DNA of 46,234 nucleotides, taken from the IMG/VR virus record IMGVR_UViG_3300026529_000001, one strand, 5' to 3'. The notes beneath the pieces were generated by a model, which saw only the letters and a list, made by a program, of their open reading frames with translations, made no database searches and had not been told where the DNA came from. Numbering within the stretch: position 1 is the first letter of the stretch; every line of letters begins with the position of its first letter. Positions 39,105-46,234 of the stretch are shown in pieces. The translations under genes and the position numbers were made by a program. Origin of the DNA: a virus.

Positions 39105-42100
39105 TCATGGAGGAGGTCCTGGGGCGTAGACCCGACCTGGGGGGTGCTTTCGCATCACCTGTTGGATCGAGAACGGTTCCTCTTTTCGTCGCTCCTTCTG
39201 CTGGATACCGAATGGGGTCCCCAGTTTCACCCCATGTTGGCGGACAAACTGTTCGACAACCGAACCATTGACCGGGACCCCTTCATCCTTGAGCGCCTGC
39301 GTCACCAATTTCCGTAACCGATCGTTGTAGGCGTGCGCGGTCCGTTGAGCCTGTTCACCTTTGCCCTGTTCCTGTAACCCTGTAATCTCAGCCTGCAATC
39401 GTGCCTTTGTGAACATAAACTGACGGACTGACGATTCGGCCGGCGTGAGCTTCGGTTGTGTCATGACCGGCGAGAGGATGGTCTGCCCAATGCCCGTCCC
39501 TTGTTGGATCATCTGGCGAATTGAGTACGGGGCAATTCCTCCCGAAGCCACCTTGAGTGCCTGAACAAGATTCTCGGTCGGACTGTGCCCTGGGGTCGTC
39601 CATTCCTCGCGACGATGTGACAGTTCGAGCGCCGACCCAACCAACGGACTCGGCGAAACCATACTCTCGACCGCGTAATCGAGCGGGAGCGTCCCTTCGA
39701 GCGTACGCCCAAGATTGTAGGCGGGAGCCAACACCCCGGCACGCCGAGCTCGGGTTCTCGGATTGCCCGTCATCTGCTGGAACACATGATCCATCGCCGG
39801 GACGACACCCAGAAGCAGAATCCCCGCCATCGCCAACTTGTCGGCCGCGGCAGCGCGTTCGGCGAATGGAACACGCCCGAGCAATCCGGTCGCCATCTGA
39901 CCCCACGCCTTGAGAACCCCATAGTGGTACGGGGCAAAGATCACGAATCCGCGGTCTCGGAACACCCGCGAGAGATCGCCCGACCCGAGGATCGTCCCCG
40001 GCAATCGGTAGTTTGGGATGAACCGATCGGTCTGGCGGATCGCATCGATCCGAGACATTCCCTCCATCTCGCGCTCGAACACGCGCTGGAGATAGAAGAA
40101 ATCGTTCGTCGCCCAGGTCGCATGATGGGACAGCCACCACGGGGCATCAACTACATCGCGAGCGGTCCGGCCGAGATGGGTCGCCATTCCGTCAATGGTG
40201 CCGGGATTCTCCTTGAGTTCACGCCGTGCCATATCAAGAAGTGACGATCGAACTTCCGCAGCGGTCCCATTTTCTCGCATGAGACCGCCACCATGTCGCA
40301 TTACGTCGATGTAGTCCTCGTTGACGTGAAATGCGGCGTTGAACGCTTTCACGCTGGAGATCCGCAACCGATTCCAGGATGCCGGGTTGAGCATCCGTGC
40401 TGTCCCTCGATCCACCACCCAGTTGAACGCCACGTTTGGTGTATGAATCAAGGGGTTCACGAACCCGATGTTCACCGCCGACCGACTTAACCAACGGAGT
40501 GCCGCGAGAATATCGCTCGACGTCCGGCTCTGCGGGATTGCGGCATTGAACGCCCGAGCGACACGAGGATCCATCCGCCATCCCATAAACTGCGGGACCT
40601 CAGTCGAGGTCCACCCCTTCGGGGCCTGCCACGCAAGATCAGGAGGCATGGCAAGTTTCAGGAAATCCGGGTCTTGTTTGAGATGCTCAAGGAATGCGTT
40701 CGAGCGAGCGATCTGCATCGTTTCCAGGTGATCGACCACCGACGAGAACAGCGCATTCTTGTAGTATCGCTGTGGGGTCTGCGCTTCGATCTCGGCCGTC
40801 GTCGGTTCGCCCAGGAGATACCGTTTGCCGTCCTTACCGATGAACACCTTATCTTCGAGACTCGCCGGATCATACCGAGCCTTGACCTGGGTGATCTGCT
40901 GTTGAACCGCCTTGAGCCGTTCCTGGAGGGCATCGAATTTCTTGACGACAGGAATTCCGCCGATCGCCCGAGCCTCCTGGAATGCCTGCACCAACTTCGC
41001 TAATCGAGATTGCTCCCTCCGAAGTTCAGGGCCGAGTTTCGGGACGATCGTGCTGATCTCATCGGCGAGCGTGTCGGCCACTTTGCCGAGATTCCGAGCA
41101 AGCGCGTTCACGACCGCATTGACCCGAGCCGGGGAACGTTCCGACCATCCCCGGAACACGTCGATCTGGTGGGTCAGTTTCTCCAACCGTCGTTCCATTG
41201 GCGCAAGATCCCGGGTCATGAGTTCCTCGTAACTCTTAAGCCGCGCCATTGTCCCGAGCGATTCCCCAGACGGACTCACCAACCGTCCGCTGATCTGCGC
41301 GACCACTTGCTTTGTCCCGGTCGCGACATCCGTCAACGCGACGTATCGGCGGTGCTTGAACGCATCCGTGGTCGTTCGGAGAATACTTGTGCGTCCGCTC
41401 ACCATTCCTTGACGGACACGTTCCACCAACGACCCTTCACCGAGCGCGAACCGACGAATGTATCCAACCCCTGTCACTGGACGGAATTGCTTCGGGAGCG
41501 ATTGCTTGATCTCTTCGGTTGAATCGATGATCCCCGATGTCACGTTGTACCAATGTCGTTGCGTCTCGGTAAGTGCGCTTGGATCTCGTACTTCCCGAGC
41601 GTGGTAAATAGCCTCCCAATCCTTCGGGGTCATCTCTTGCCCGATCGTCCGCATCAGATTGCGTGCATCGACTCCGGCTGCGTCCGCTTGCCGATGGATC
41701 TGATAGAGTTGGTCGCCGAGATCACCCGTGAACGTCTGGACCTGATGCTGCTTCTGGAGATAGTCGGCGATCGGCTTCGTGTTGATCGCACCCTTCTCGC
41801 TCTCAAGCGTTTTCATCAATGCGGGCGAGAGCGGGAGCTTCAGTTGGATCGGCGGGTGAACAGCCTTGGTCGCCTGCGCCGCCTGTGCTTGCACGGCGGA
41901 TTCTTGAGCTTTCACTAACGTCAATTGCGCGGCATCCTTTACGACCGCCCGCTTGGCCGCTTTCTGGGCTGCATCTTCAGCGGCTCGGACCATCGAGGCA
42001 GACCGTATGACCGGAGCGGCAATCCCCGTCATGAGCGGGATCTTCCCGATGGTTTCCCCAACAGTCTCGGGATCGGCGACACGCTTCCCGGTCGCGGGGT

Positions 42101-42425
42101 CAATGTGCCCGGCCAAGGAGAGCGGGGACGGGAGATTCATCACGGGCCGGATCACGTCCCCTGCCTGTTTGAACCCCGGAGCGTTCGCAATCGCCGATTG
42201 CACCTGCCCGACCCGCTGGCCGAGCCCAAGGGCACCTTGCGCCGCCCGCTGCCACCATGCGGGCTGGGGAGTGGTCGCCTGTGGCGTCGGCGCGGTCCCC
42301 CCGTACTTCTGGTGAAAGTCACCCCACGGATCGCCTTGGGGAGTCGTTCCCGCCTGCGGTGTCGTGGGTTGTGCGGGCGTCTCCCCACCGTACTTCTTCG
42401 TGAATTCCGCCCACGGATCGATCAT
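39105..42425 (-). CDS. Large internal virion / ejection-type protein (putative)
   Basis: 1106-aa ORF, ATGA-coupled. N-terminus has duplicated DPW(A/G)(E/D)F..KYGG motifs and Ala/Gln-rich helices. No enzymatic motif recognised. Role is a guess from size and position. Confidence 0.45.
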   Translation of the reverse strand: MIDPWAEFTKKYGGETPAQPTTPQAGTTPQGDPWGDFHQKYGGTAPTPQATTPQPAWWQRAAQGALGLGQRVGQVQSAIANAPGFKQAGDVIRPVMNLPSPLSLAGHIDPATGKRVADPETVGETIGKIPLMTGIAAPVIRSASMVRAAEDAAQKAAKRAVVKDAAQLTLVKAQESAVQAQAAQATKAVHPPIQLKLPLSPALMKTLESEKGAINTKPIADYLQKQHQVQTFTGDLGDQLYQIHRQADAAGVDARNLMRTIGQEMTPKDWEAIYHAREVRDPSALTETQRHWYNVTSGIIDSTEEIKQSLPKQFRPVTGVGYIRRFALGEGSLVERVRQGMVSGRTSILRTTTDAFKHRRYVALTDVATGTKQVVAQISGRLVSPSGESLGTMARLKSYEELMTRDLAPMERRLEKLTHQIDVFRGWSERSPARVNAVVNALARNLGKVADTLADEISTIVPKLGPELRREQSRLAKLVQAFQEARAIGGIPVVKKFDALQERLKAVQQQITQVKARYDPASLEDKVFIGKDGKRYLLGEPTTAEIEAQTPQRYYKNALFSSVVDHLETMQIARSNAFLEHLKQDPDFLKLAMPPDLAWQAPKGWTSTEVPQFMGWRMDPRVARAFNAAIPQSRTSSDILAALRWLSRSAVNIGFVNPLIHTPNVAFNWVVDRGTARMLNPASWNRLRISSVKAFNAAFHVNEDYIDVMRHGGGLMRENGTAAEVRSSLLDMARRELKENPGTIDGMATHLGRTARDVVDAPWWLSHHATWATNDFFYLQRVFEREMEGMSRIDAIRQTDRFIPNYRLPGTILGSGDLSRVFRDRGFVIFAPYHYGVLKAWGQMATGLLGRVPFAERAAAADKLAMAGILLLGVVPAMDHVFQQMTGNPRTRARRAGVLAPAYNLGRTLEGTLPLDYAVESMVSPSPLVGSALELSHRREEWTTPGHSPTENLVQALKVASGGIAPYSIRQMIQQGTGIGQTILSPVMTQPKLTPAESSVRQFMFTKARLQAEITGLQEQGKGEQAQRTAHAYNDRLRKLVTQALKDEGVPVNGSVVEQFVRQHGVKLGTPFGIQQKERRKEEPFSIQQVMRKHPPGRVYAPGPPP

Positions 42426-43861
42426 GGCACCTTGGTCAATTCAGGGATGGCGATGCCGTTCGCGTTTGCCTGTTTCCGAAGCCACGCCTGTTCTTCCGTG
42501 GCAAGCAACTTCCACGCCGCTGGCGAGATCGACCCACTTGCCATCATCGCAGTAAACGCATCCGCTGCACGCTGGGTCGGAGCGTGGGTCGCCGGACCAC
42601 CCGCCGGCACAGGCACCCCTGGTTGCGTCGGGACCTTGGGCTTCGGTTGGGCCTGTCCAGGAACATGATACTTGTCATAAAGCGATTGCAACCGTTTCGT
42701 CAACCCAGATACATTTGGATCCTTGGGGTTGGCTTGATAGGTATTATCGAGCAACTCCTCAAGGCGATGAATCGCTTCACGCGGCCCGGGAGGAAGACGC
42801 TCCACAAACGTTTCAGTCTCACGAGCTGTCGTCGCTCTCCCGCGTGCTCCCGCCCCCATCAAATCCTGACTCTGCGGGATCGACGCTTCAAGATCGCCCA
42901 CATCCACAGTCGGGTTCTTCTTCTTGAACGCCTCCAGCGTATCCCGAGCAGCTTTGAGGGCGTTATGGACTTGGGCCTGCGATCCCCCACCCGTCGCGAT
43001 GGATCGTGCGTTCGCCACGGCCCGCTCGACCACCGTGCTCAATCGCGTCACCGCCGCGCGCTCGCCGGTCGTCTGCTGCGTCGCCTGTTGCTGGCCGATC
43101 CGCGCCTTCTCGTAGGCCGTCATCGGTTGCGCGCCCTGCGACCGAATGAACGCTTCCACCTTGGCGGGGTCCGGTTGTCCGGTCTTCATGTCCCAGAGGA
43201 ACATGGGGATCTGTTGACTTCCAAGATCGCCGGTCGCTCCGAACGTGCCGAAGGTCATTCCCGTCCCTGGTGCCCCTCCACCGAACGCCTGCTGGAACCC
43301 GGTCTGCGAAAGTACCAGTTGGATCGCTGGGTTCACCTGGGCGATCTGTTGGAGTTGATTCACGGGAATGTTGCCCGCATCGGGCCCCAGAATCTTCTGG
43401 AGCGCAGGGAGCGCCTGCGGCATGACCTGGGCGATCGTCCGCTGAGAGTAATCGGTCTGCGGCGGCACGATCTCCGTCGCCCCTGTCGGTTGCGGAGGAA
43501 TAGCGGGTGTTCCTGGAGTCTCGGGTTGATATCCAGCGGGGGTCTGCATCTCTCCTGTCGGCGCGTTGATGTCCTGCGATGCAGGAGGTGTTCCGGGAAC
43601 TTCAGGCGTCCCTGGAACGGCGGGAATCCCAGGAGTCATGACCGGACGCGTAGGAAATTGCAACCCAGGAACCGCCTTCTGCACCCCTTCTAACATCCCT
43701 TGAGGCGGAGGTTGATTCGGATACATTTGCCGAAAGATCTCATAAGCCTGGAGCATCTGCTGTCGCTTCTGCTGCTGCATCTGAAGAATGGCCGGGAGCC
43801 ATGCCGACGCTTGACTACTGAGCGTCCCGAACGGGTTGTACCCGCCCCAGTTGGATGCCAT
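42422..43861 (-). CDS. Gln/Pro-rich virion protein (putative internal protein)
   Basis: 479-aa ORF. MASNWGGYNPFGTLSSQ... with long Q/P/G/T low-complexity tracts. Confidence 0.5.
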   Translation of the reverse strand: MASNWGGYNPFGTLSSQASAWLPAILQMQQQKRQQMLQAYEIFRQMYPNQPPPQGMLEGVQKAVPGLQFPTRPVMTPGIPAVPGTPEVPGTPPASQDINAPTGEMQTPAGYQPETPGTPAIPPQPTGATEIVPPQTDYSQRTIAQVMPQALPALQKILGPDAGNIPVNQLQQIAQVNPAIQLVLSQTGFQQAFGGGAPGTGMTFGTFGATGDLGSQQIPMFLWDMKTGQPDPAKVEAFIRSQGAQPMTAYEKARIGQQQATQQTTGERAAVTRLSTVVERAVANARSIATGGGSQAQVHNALKAARDTLEAFKKKNPTVDVGDLEASIPQSQDLMGAGARGRATTARETETFVERLPPGPREAIHRLEELLDNTYQANPKDPNVSGLTKRLQSLYDKYHVPGQAQPKPKVPTQPGVPVPAGGPATHAPTQRAADAFTAMMASGSISPAAWKLLATEEQAWLRKQANANGIAIPELTKVP

Positions 43862-43902
43862 TCTATGCAGGACCCTGTATGATTAAGATAGAATGAATAC
43901 TC

Positions 43903-44430
43903 ATGCCACGAATCTCTCGCCCGTTTGTGGAACGCTTCTGGTCACAAGTGGATAAAACTGGTCCATGCTGGCTATGGATGGGTCCATGCTCCCCCAGAGG
44001 ATATGGCAAAACATGGTTCTATGATTCCGATTTGCCACGATCAAAACGTAGCCAACGCGCCCATCGCGTGGCTTGGGTATTAACATATGGCTCTATCCCT
44101 GAAAATCTTCTCGTCTGTCACCACTGCGACAACCCTTCGTGCGTGAATCCTGACCATCTATTTTGTGGAACGCAAAAAGAGAATCGGGTTGATGCGAAAC
44201 AAAAAGGACGTACCGCAACCGGCATGAACAATGGCGTACACACCCGTCCTGACCGTGTTCGTCGCGGGGAGCATCATTGTAATTCGAAACTTACAGAAAC
44301 AGATATTCATGCGATCCGATCCAGTTTCACCGTAAAGCATGGATCAGCAGCAGCACTTTCGAGAAAATATCGCGTATCACACCCGACCATCGCCGCCATT
44401 CTCCAACGACGAACTTGGAAACATATCTAG
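43903..44430 (+). CDS. HNH homing endonuclease (antisense to the operon), copy 2
   Basis: CWLWMG...GYG...AHRVAWVLTYG...LVCHHCDNPSCVNPDHLFCGT, with a C-terminal tail ending RRTWKHI. Paralog of 35338..35823. Low G+C. Confidence 0.8.
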   Translation: MPRISRPFVERFWSQVDKTGPCWLWMGPCSPRGYGKTWFYDSDLPRSKRSQRAHRVAWVLTYGSIPENLLVCHHCDNPSCVNPDHLFCGTQKENRVDAKQKGRTATGMNNGVHTRPDRVRRGEHHCNSKLTETDIHAIRSSFTVKHGSAAALSRKYRVSHPTIAAILQRRTWKHI

Positions 44431-45053
44431 AAGAACCCTGCCATTTTCAAAAGCGCCACCGGTCCAGCCAAACTCCCCAGCCCGCCGAGCGTGTCGAAGA
44501 TCGACCCACCCTGCGATCCGGTGGACGTTTGTCCGGTCGCCCCAGTTAACCCCGGCATCGCACCGGCCGCCATCCAGGGATTCTGTTGCTGCCGAAGGAA
44601 GTCGTTATACAGTCGCGTCATCGCGTCTTGCTGAGTTTGTTGCGGCATGGTCAACGCCTGAAGCCCCTGCGCCCCGGCTCCCATGCCAAGAGCTGCAGAT
44701 TCCTGCGCCGCCTGCTGTTGTCTCGCCCGTTCCTGTTGGTAGATGTTCTCCTGGAGTTGGGCTTGTCCCGTCTCGAACTGCGCCGCCGCTTGGTTCATCG
44801 TGCTTTGCTCGGGGGTCGAGTATCCGGTCTGACCCGCCATTTGGAACGGTGCCCGTAACTGTTGCACGTCCTGCATGAATTGGTTACGGGATGCCCCTAA
44901 CAGATTCGCTGTGTTCGGATCGTTTAAGTACGCGCCCCCAGCGGTGTTCGCCAGGGCATTAAAACCTGTGGCTTCAGGACCTGCTGCAAATTGACCTAAT
45001 GCGCCTTGAGTTCCTATGGCCTGAGCTTGTTGTTCGCTAAGTGGTGCTGTCAA
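44427..45053 (-). CDS. Gln-rich virion protein (5' end unresolved; frame open to 45194)
   Basis: The tracked ORF starts at a TTG with no SD. The same frame continues 47 codons upstream (SPSVTQSTQPNLNPDQARYQGQALNWLGTQIGQPGPAYPGQ) with no ATG/GTG/TTG, up to a TAA inside the Endo VII ORF. Confidence 0.5.
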   Translation of the reverse strand: MTAPLSEQQAQAIGTQGALGQFAAGPEATGFNALANTAGGAYLNDPNTANLLGASRNQFMQDVQQLRAPFQMAGQTGYSTPEQSTMNQAAAQFETGQAQLQENIYQQERARQQQAAQESAALGMGAGAQGLQALTMPQQTQQDAMTRLYNDFLRQQQNPWMAAGAMPGLTGATGQTSTGSQGGSIFDTLGGLGSLAGPVALLKMAGFF

Positions 45054-45177
45054 TTGTCCGGGATATGCTGGTCCGGGTTGACCGATCTGAGTACCTAACC
45101 AATTTAACGCTTGACCCTGATATCTAGCTTGGTCAGGATTTAAATTGGGTTGGGTACTTTGAGTTACCGATGGCGAA

Positions 45178-45789
45178 CTAAACCCGATGAGAAGTTACCT
45201 CTCGTTCAAGATATGCGATCGCAGCACGTAACACCGCAGGATCATCATTGAAAGAACCCAATGCGATGTTGTGCCTTGAACACAAAAACCCGCGCAATAT
45301 TCCCGTCGAGTGATTATGATCTGAAACCAATTGTGATTGTTTTGTTGCCCCAGGATCATACTCTAATCCGCAAATTCCGCATTTATCTCCGATGGTAGGG
45401 AGGACACCAAAACGTTGTCGCAGATGATTCCTGTTGACTATCTTTTTCATCTCTCTTGCACAAGACTTGCAATACCCGAATAATCCGTCTTTAAATCGCC
45501 GACCATGCTGATGATGATAAAACCATTCTGTTGTGCGAGGATAATACTTACGGCAATGTGGGCAGAATTTTTCCGTAGAACGCCTATGTACAAGGTGACA
45601 CACTCTCGAACAAAATCTCATCCCTGATTTACTATGTTGCTCATATGCCATGAACATGGATTTGCATGTGTGACATTGGTATGTGAGTTTACGTTTCCGA
45701 CATTCCCATGAACAGAATTTCCTCGGCGCACGATTCCTCCGATAGTTCTCGAACTGTTTGTTGCAGGTTTCGCACACAAACGTTTCCAT
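45178..45789 (-). CDS. Endonuclease VII-family nuclease with N-terminal zinc-finger repeats
   Basis: C-terminus CGICG...LVSDHNHSTGILRGFLCSRHNIALG...AIAYL matches the T4 endo VII motif. The N-terminus has several CxxC...C pairs. Low-G+C island. Confidence 0.75.
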   Translation of the reverse strand: METFVCETCNKQFENYRRNRAPRKFCSWECRKRKLTYQCHTCKSMFMAYEQHSKSGMRFCSRVCHLVHRRSTEKFCPHCRKYYPRTTEWFYHHQHGRRFKDGLFGYCKSCAREMKKIVNRNHLRQRFGVLPTIGDKCGICGLEYDPGATKQSQLVSDHNHSTGILRGFLCSRHNIALGSFNDDPAVLRAAIAYLEREVTSHRV

Positions 45790-45843
45790 CGGGCATCACC
45801 AATCATATATATTCGCCCGCTGGACTACCGAATCCCATCTACC

Positions 45844-46234
45844 TCACCAGAGTTCCAGCGGACCCCGTTGCGCCCCGCGAGGTTCGCCCGCCGATCCAGT
45901 CCCGGGGGCTTCCCCTCCGACCCGACCCTCGGAGCGCGCTTCCCCACCCACCGACATTCCTGGGGCGGGTGGAGTGGGTCCTCCTGGGGTTGCTCCTCCC
46001 AACGGTGACATAGCTGGTGGGGGAGGTTGGGGAGCTTGAGGCAGTGCCGTGTTCACGGGTAACGGTGCAGGTGCCGGGACTTGCCCAATCGGTGGAGTGG
46101 TCATTTGCGACGTTCCCGGTGGGGCCGCTTGAGGTGACGGAGGCGGCTGGACGGATTGTCCCGACAGACTCGGGAGGCCGCCCCCCATCATCCCCCCCAT
46201 TCCGGTCTGCGCGAATGGGCCGCCCCCACCCCCG
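45844..46234 (-). CDS. 3' part of the junction-spanning Gly/Pro-rich protein
   Basis: Pro-rich sequence (...QPPPSPQAAPPGTSQMTTPPIGQVPAPAPLPVN...PPPPAMSPLGG...) changes to G/E/R-rich over the last ~35 codons. The ORF continues upstream through the repeat into 100..155. Confidence 0.5.
   Translation of the reverse strand, partial: GGGGGPFAQTGMGGMMGGGLPSLSGQSVQPPPSPQAAPPGTSQMTTPPIGQVPAPAPLPVNTALPQAPQPPPPAMSPLGGATPGGPTPPAPGMSVGGEARSEGRVGGEAPGTGSAGEPRGAQRGPLELW
46136..46234. repeat. Terminal direct repeat, copy 2 (identical to 1..99)
   Basis: Exact 99-nt match to the window start. Confidence 0.95.

Noticed and set aside
43862-44430. HNH genes (also 35323..35823) as intron passengers splitting their flanking genes
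   Set aside because: They lie on the opposite strand. The flanking minus-strand ORFs have natural-looking termini (a stop, and ATG with SD at 35323). No open-frame continuity crosses the insert.
45815-45863. The 10-bp stem around the stop codon at 45844 as the P1 helix of a group I intron
   Set aside because: The only U.G pair in the stem would leave just one additional exon base pair. A Watson-Crick T-A sits where the frame-compatible junction would fall. The stem is kept only as an unexplained hairpin.
1-46234. tRNA, rRNA or tmRNA genes, an integrase or attachment site, a DGR or retron reverse transcriptase
   Set aside because: No cloverleaf-like intergenic segment is long enough, because intergenic space is minimal. 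No ORF shows tyrosine or serine recombinase motifs or reverse-transcriptase motifs on visual inspection. A tRNAscan or profile search is needed to be definitive.

Overview
The window is one complete phage genome of about 46.1 kb. The first 99 nt are repeated exactly as the last 99 nt, so it is circular or terminally redundant, and one gene crosses that junction. G+C is high, and almost every gene is on the minus strand in one long, tightly coupled series with many ATGA/GTGA/TAATG stop-start overlaps. The exceptions are two antisense HNH genes and one small gene next to a divergent promoter pair near 22.9 kb.

Minus-strand gene order:
- **Early/regulatory, 22.6 -> 15.1 kb:** PD-(D/E)XK nuclease, LexA-like wHTH, XRE HTH, a replication-initiator-like gene carrying an internal iteron array, an HNH/NinG-like nuclease and two RHH regulators.
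- **Head module, 14.9 -> 5.4 kb:** TerL, portal, scaffold and an HK97-type capsid gene.
- **Tail, fibre and internal-protein genes, 4.4 -> 0.2 kb, then 46.2 -> 39.1 kb across the junction.**
- **Envelope-glycan-like cluster, 39.0 -> 36.0 kb:** FkbM methyltransferase, Wzy_C/O-antigen-ligase-like membrane protein and a degenerate UDP-glucose-dehydrogenase-like protein.
- **Tailspike and fibre-like genes, 35.3 -> 28.5 kb.**
- **Coupled ATP-grasp / GNAT / C39-like peptidase / small Cys-peptide module, 28.5 -> 25.85 kb.**
- **Lysis cassette, 25.8 -> 24.6 kb, followed by a terminal beta-propeller gene.**

I recognised no integrase, DNA polymerase, helicase, tRNA or CRISPR array.

Main findings:
1. 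The major capsid gene appears to be split by a group I intron that carries a LAGLIDADG endonuclease. A P1 helix with a U.G wobble can be read directly from the sequence.
2. The genome carries five homing-type endonuclease genes from three or four families: two LAGLIDADG, two HNH and one Endo VII. One of them seems to split or truncate a virion gene.
3. The ATP-grasp/GNAT/papain-like peptidase/small-peptide module has no known phage role that I can name.
4. The surface-glycan cluster sits inside the late operon.
5. A 667-aa acidic Trp-rich repeat protein has its +1 frame open along its whole 2-kb length.
6. A symmetric six-copy GTGATACTA array lies around an RHH regulator gene.

All functional calls rest on motif recognition by eye. 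No searches or RNA folding were run.
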